IMG/VR virus record: IMGVR_UViG_3300045988_165705
Source of the DNA: a virus
Strand: one strand, 5' to 3'
Length of the DNA stretch: 64,000 nucleotides
This document shows, piece by piece, positions 61,298-64,000 of this stretch. Under the pieces are notes generated by a model. It was not told where the DNA came from and did no database searches. It was given only the letters and a program-made list of their open reading frames with translations. Every line of letters begins with the position of its first letter. Within the stretch, counting starts at the first letter, position 1. Both the position numbers and the translations under genes were made by a program.

Positions 61298-62320
61298 ATG
61301 ACCACAGAACAAATCAGAGAAATGCTGCAAAGCCCTGCATATGAGTTTCTCAGGAGCAATGAGCACCTAAAAGACAAAATCATTTTCCTCACGCTGGGCG
61401 GCAGCTATTCTTACGGCACAAGTGTTGAAACCTCTGATGTGGATATCCGTGGTTGTGCCTTGAACAGCCGTTCCGATTTGTTGGGGCTATCCAATTTTGA
61501 ACAGGTCGTTCATACGGAAACGGATACCACAGTCTACTCATTCAATAAGCTTGTAAGTTTGCTTCTTAACTGCAACCCCAATACGATTGAGATGCTGGGC
61601 TGCCGTCCAGAACAATACATGGTTTGCACTGACATTGGGCGAGAAATGATTGAGAACAGAAAACTGTTTCTCTCCAAGCGAGCGGTGAATTCCTTCGGGG
61701 GATACGCCAATCAGCAGCTGCGGCGGCTGGAAAATGCTCTTGCCAGAGATAAATTTCCGCAAGCACGGAAGGAAGAACACATTCTGAACTCCATGAAGAG
61801 TGCTGTCAAGGCGTTTGAAAGCAGATATAGGGTCTTTGAGAATGGCGGCATCACTCTTTACACGGCTGAGAGTTCACGCGAGGATTTGGACAGAGAGATT
61901 TTTGCAGACATCCATCTTACAAAGTATCCGGTGCGAGAGTTCAACAGCATTCTAAACGACTTGACCAATGTTGTCGGCACCTATGAAAAGTTGAACCACA
62001 GAAACCATAAGAAGGATGACAATCATCTCAACAAGCACGCCATGCACCTCGTTCGTTTGTATCTGATGTGTTTGGATATCTTGGAGAAAGGTGACATCAT
62101 CACCTATCGAGGCCGTGATTTACCGCTTCTCATGAGCATTCGCAGAGGCGACTATCAGCTGGAGGATGGTTCCTATCGTCCAGAGTTTTTCGAGATGGTT
62201 TCGGATTTTGAAAAGCGTCTCGATTATGCAAAGCGGAACACAAGTCTGCCGGAACATCCTGATATGAAGCGTGTCGAGGAGTTCGTGGTAAGCGTGAACA
62301 GGAGGGCTCTTGATGCATAA
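61298..62320 (+). CDS. Pol-beta-superfamily nucleotidyltransferase (RlaP-like, RNA-ligase-associated)
   Basis: 'LTLGGSYSYGTSVETSDVDIRG' (GS...DxD NTase motif). 340 aa. Confidence 0.65.
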   Translation: MTTEQIREMLQSPAYEFLRSNEHLKDKIIFLTLGGSYSYGTSVETSDVDIRGCALNSRSDLLGLSNFEQVVHTETDTTVYSFNKLVSLLLNCNPNTIEMLGCRPEQYMVCTDIGREMIENRKLFLSKRAVNSFGGYANQQLRRLENALARDKFPQARKEEHILNSMKSAVKAFESRYRVFENGGITLYTAESSREDLDREIFADIHLTKYPVREFNSILNDLTNVVGTYEKLNHRNHKKDDNHLNKHAMHLVRLYLMCLDILEKGDIITYRGRDLPLLMSIRRGDYQLEDGSYRPEFFEMVSDFEKRLDYAKRNTSLPEHPDMKRVEEFVVSVNRRALDA

Positions 62321-63662
62321 GATTTCTATTCCGAGTGGCGCAAAGGCGATTGTTCTTGGCCTTCGCTATGAAAATCATGAGGCTTATGTTGTTGGCGGCT
62401 GTGTTCGAGACAGCCTGCTCGGCAAAGAGCCGAAGGACTGGGACATCTGCACCTCCGCTACGCCGCAGGAGGTTAAGGAACACCTCAACCGTTGCAGCGT
62501 TCGGACGATTGATACAGGGTTAAAGCATGGTACAGTCACAGCGGATATGGAACGAGCGGGTAAATACGAAATTACGACATTCCGCATTGACGGGGATTAC
62601 TCGGATAATCGCCGTCCTGATTCTGTTACATTCACAGAGAGCATTTATCAGGATTTGTCCCGCAGAGACTTTACCATCAATGCAATGGCGTATAACAGTG
62701 CCGGTCTTATTGACCCCTTTCACGGCGTAGACGATTTGAAGAATGGCATTATCCGATGCGTTGGAAATCCGAATGCCCGATTCAGTGAAGACGCACTTCG
62801 CATTCTGCGTGCATTACGGTTTGCTTCTGTCTATGGATTTTCGATTGAGAAGAACACGGCTCAGGCTATTCACGATAATGCATGGCGGCTTACGAACATT
62901 GCTGCGGAAAGAATTCACAGTGAGCTTTGTAAGCTGCTTCTCGGAAACGGCGTCCTTCCCGTCCTGCTGGATTATCCTGATGTGATTGCGACTATCATTC
63001 CAGAGATGAAACCATGTATCGGTTTTGACCAGAACAACAAATACCACCAGTACACCATTTATGACCACATCGCTCATGCAGTTTCCAACTATACAGGCAA
63101 GGACATCGCTGTTAAGGTATCGCTACTACTGCACGACATCGGAAAGCCTTGCTGCTATACCGAGGATGAGAACGGCGGCCATTTTCACGGACACGGAAAC
63201 TATAGTTATGATATTTCCAAAGTCGTTCTGGAACGGCTGCGCTTTGACACCGCAACAAAACAGGAGGTGCTTGACCTTGTTTTGTACCATGATACCGTCA
63301 TAGAACCAACAACGAAAACAGTTCGCCGGTGGCTCTGCAAAATCGGCGAGCACAGATTTTCTCAGCTGCTGGATGTCAGGATGGCGGATATCAAAGCTCA
63401 CGCAGAGGGTACACAGGAGTCCAGAATCGAGCGGTGTGTGGCACTTGGCGTGCTGATGGCAGAGATACTTGAGCAGGAAAAATGCTTTTCCTTGAAGGAT
63501 TTGGCAATCAACGGCAAGGATATTATTTCTCTCGGTGTGCCACAAGGAAAGCAAATCGGAGTTATTCTCCATGAGCTGCTGGACGAGGTCATTCTCGATA
63601 CGCTTCCCAACGAACACGATGTTTTACTGCGAAAGGCGGTGGAACTTATTGAGCGAACCTAA
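62310..63662 (+). CDS. cca: CCA-adding enzyme (tRNA nucleotidyltransferase with HD domain)
   Basis: 'VVGGCVRDSLLG', 'PKDWDICT', 'LSRRDFTINA', 'LLLHDIGK'. Confidence 0.85.
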   Translation: MMHKISIPSGAKAIVLGLRYENHEAYVVGGCVRDSLLGKEPKDWDICTSATPQEVKEHLNRCSVRTIDTGLKHGTVTADMERAGKYEITTFRIDGDYSDNRRPDSVTFTESIYQDLSRRDFTINAMAYNSAGLIDPFHGVDDLKNGIIRCVGNPNARFSEDALRILRALRFASVYGFSIEKNTAQAIHDNAWRLTNIAAERIHSELCKLLLGNGVLPVLLDYPDVIATIIPEMKPCIGFDQNNKYHQYTIYDHIAHAVSNYTGKDIAVKVSLLLHDIGKPCCYTEDENGGHFHGHGNYSYDISKVVLERLRFDTATKQEVLDLVLYHDTVIEPTTKTVRRWLCKIGEHRFSQLLDVRMADIKAHAEGTQESRIERCVALGVLMAEILEQEKCFSLKDLAINGKDIISLGVPQGKQIGVILHELLDEVILDTLPNEHDVLLRKAVELIERT

Positions 63663-63681
63663 ATGTCCAAAAGGCGAACGA

Positions 63682-63870
63682 GTGTGGGTTGGATACTACA
63701 ATAGCAACCATGAACTGTGCTTTATTCTTACAAGTAAAGAAAGCCGCGACTTCTATTTCTTGTATGAACTGGTAGATGGTAACTTTCGCAAGCTTGGAAA
63801 AGCGCGGTCGCCGACAGAATTGGAGGAGAGGTTCCGCGTATATCAAAGGATGGAGGAACACGGTGGATGA
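63682..63870 (+). CDS. possible small protein (GTG start)
   Basis: The in-frame ORF-track start lies inside cca. GTG 63682 follows AAAGG. VWVGYYNSNHELCFILTSKESRDFYFLYEL... Confidence 0.35.
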   Translation: MWVGYYNSNHELCFILTSKESRDFYFLYELVDGNFRKLGKARSPTELEERFRVYQRMEEHGG

Positions 63871-64000
63871 CTTTACTTATGATTGCTGGCAAAAGAAGCA
63901 GTTGGCTCAACAGGCTCGTCATCGCAAGTGTGGCAGCAAAAGCCGGAAGTGTTCTCTTCCGTCAGATAGCTTGACGAAAAAGCAGTGGAAAGAAAGGAAT
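63863..64000 (+). CDS. possible partial CDS running off the right edge
   Basis: Open frame ...DDFTYDCWQKKQLAQQARHRKCGSKSRKCSLPSDSLTKKQWKERN with no stop before nt 64000. The start is uncertain. Confidence 0.3.
   Translation, partial: MDDFTYDCWQKKQLAQQARHRKCGSKSRKCSLPSDSLTKKQWKERN

Overview
The window reads as one contiguous tailed-phage or phage-plasmid genome segment. The host looks Firmicute-like, judging by GGAGG-type RBSs, frequent GTG/TTG starts and many overlapping stop/start junctions. 1-13.1 kb, minus strand: a packaging, head and head-tail module (HU, small-terminase candidate, TerL, portal, protease/scaffold, capsid, connectors, start of the tail tube). It ends at a tyrosine integrase and three tRNAs. 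13.5-21.3 kb, minus strand: a metallophosphoesterase, a YonO/RdRP-like two-barrel RNA polymerase candidate, an SF2-like NTPase and a second tyrosine recombinase. From a consensus sigma-70 promoter at 21.8 kb onward, everything except one XRE repressor is on the plus strand. This part holds a visibly GC-richer sigma-like gene bracketed by 58-bp repeats, an ~0.8-kb ORF-free ornate-RNA candidate and ten more tRNA genes. It also holds a radical-SAM enzyme, a Ubl/JAB/E1 (PRTRC/Bil-like) cassette, and a stand-alone reverse transcriptase embedded in a family of five covarying structured-RNA modules. A large RNA-repair and tRNA-maturation toolkit follows: RtcB, two ATP-dependent ligases, a Thg1-like enzyme, a CCA-adding enzyme, an RlaP-like NTase, phosphoesterases and a cysteine desulfurase. 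Many small Cys-rich and acidic proteins are interspersed. The most notable items are the RT plus multi-ncRNA locus, the phage-borne Ubl-conjugation-like cassette, the RNAP candidate and the large ncRNA candidate. All functional calls come from motif recognition by eye. No searches were run.
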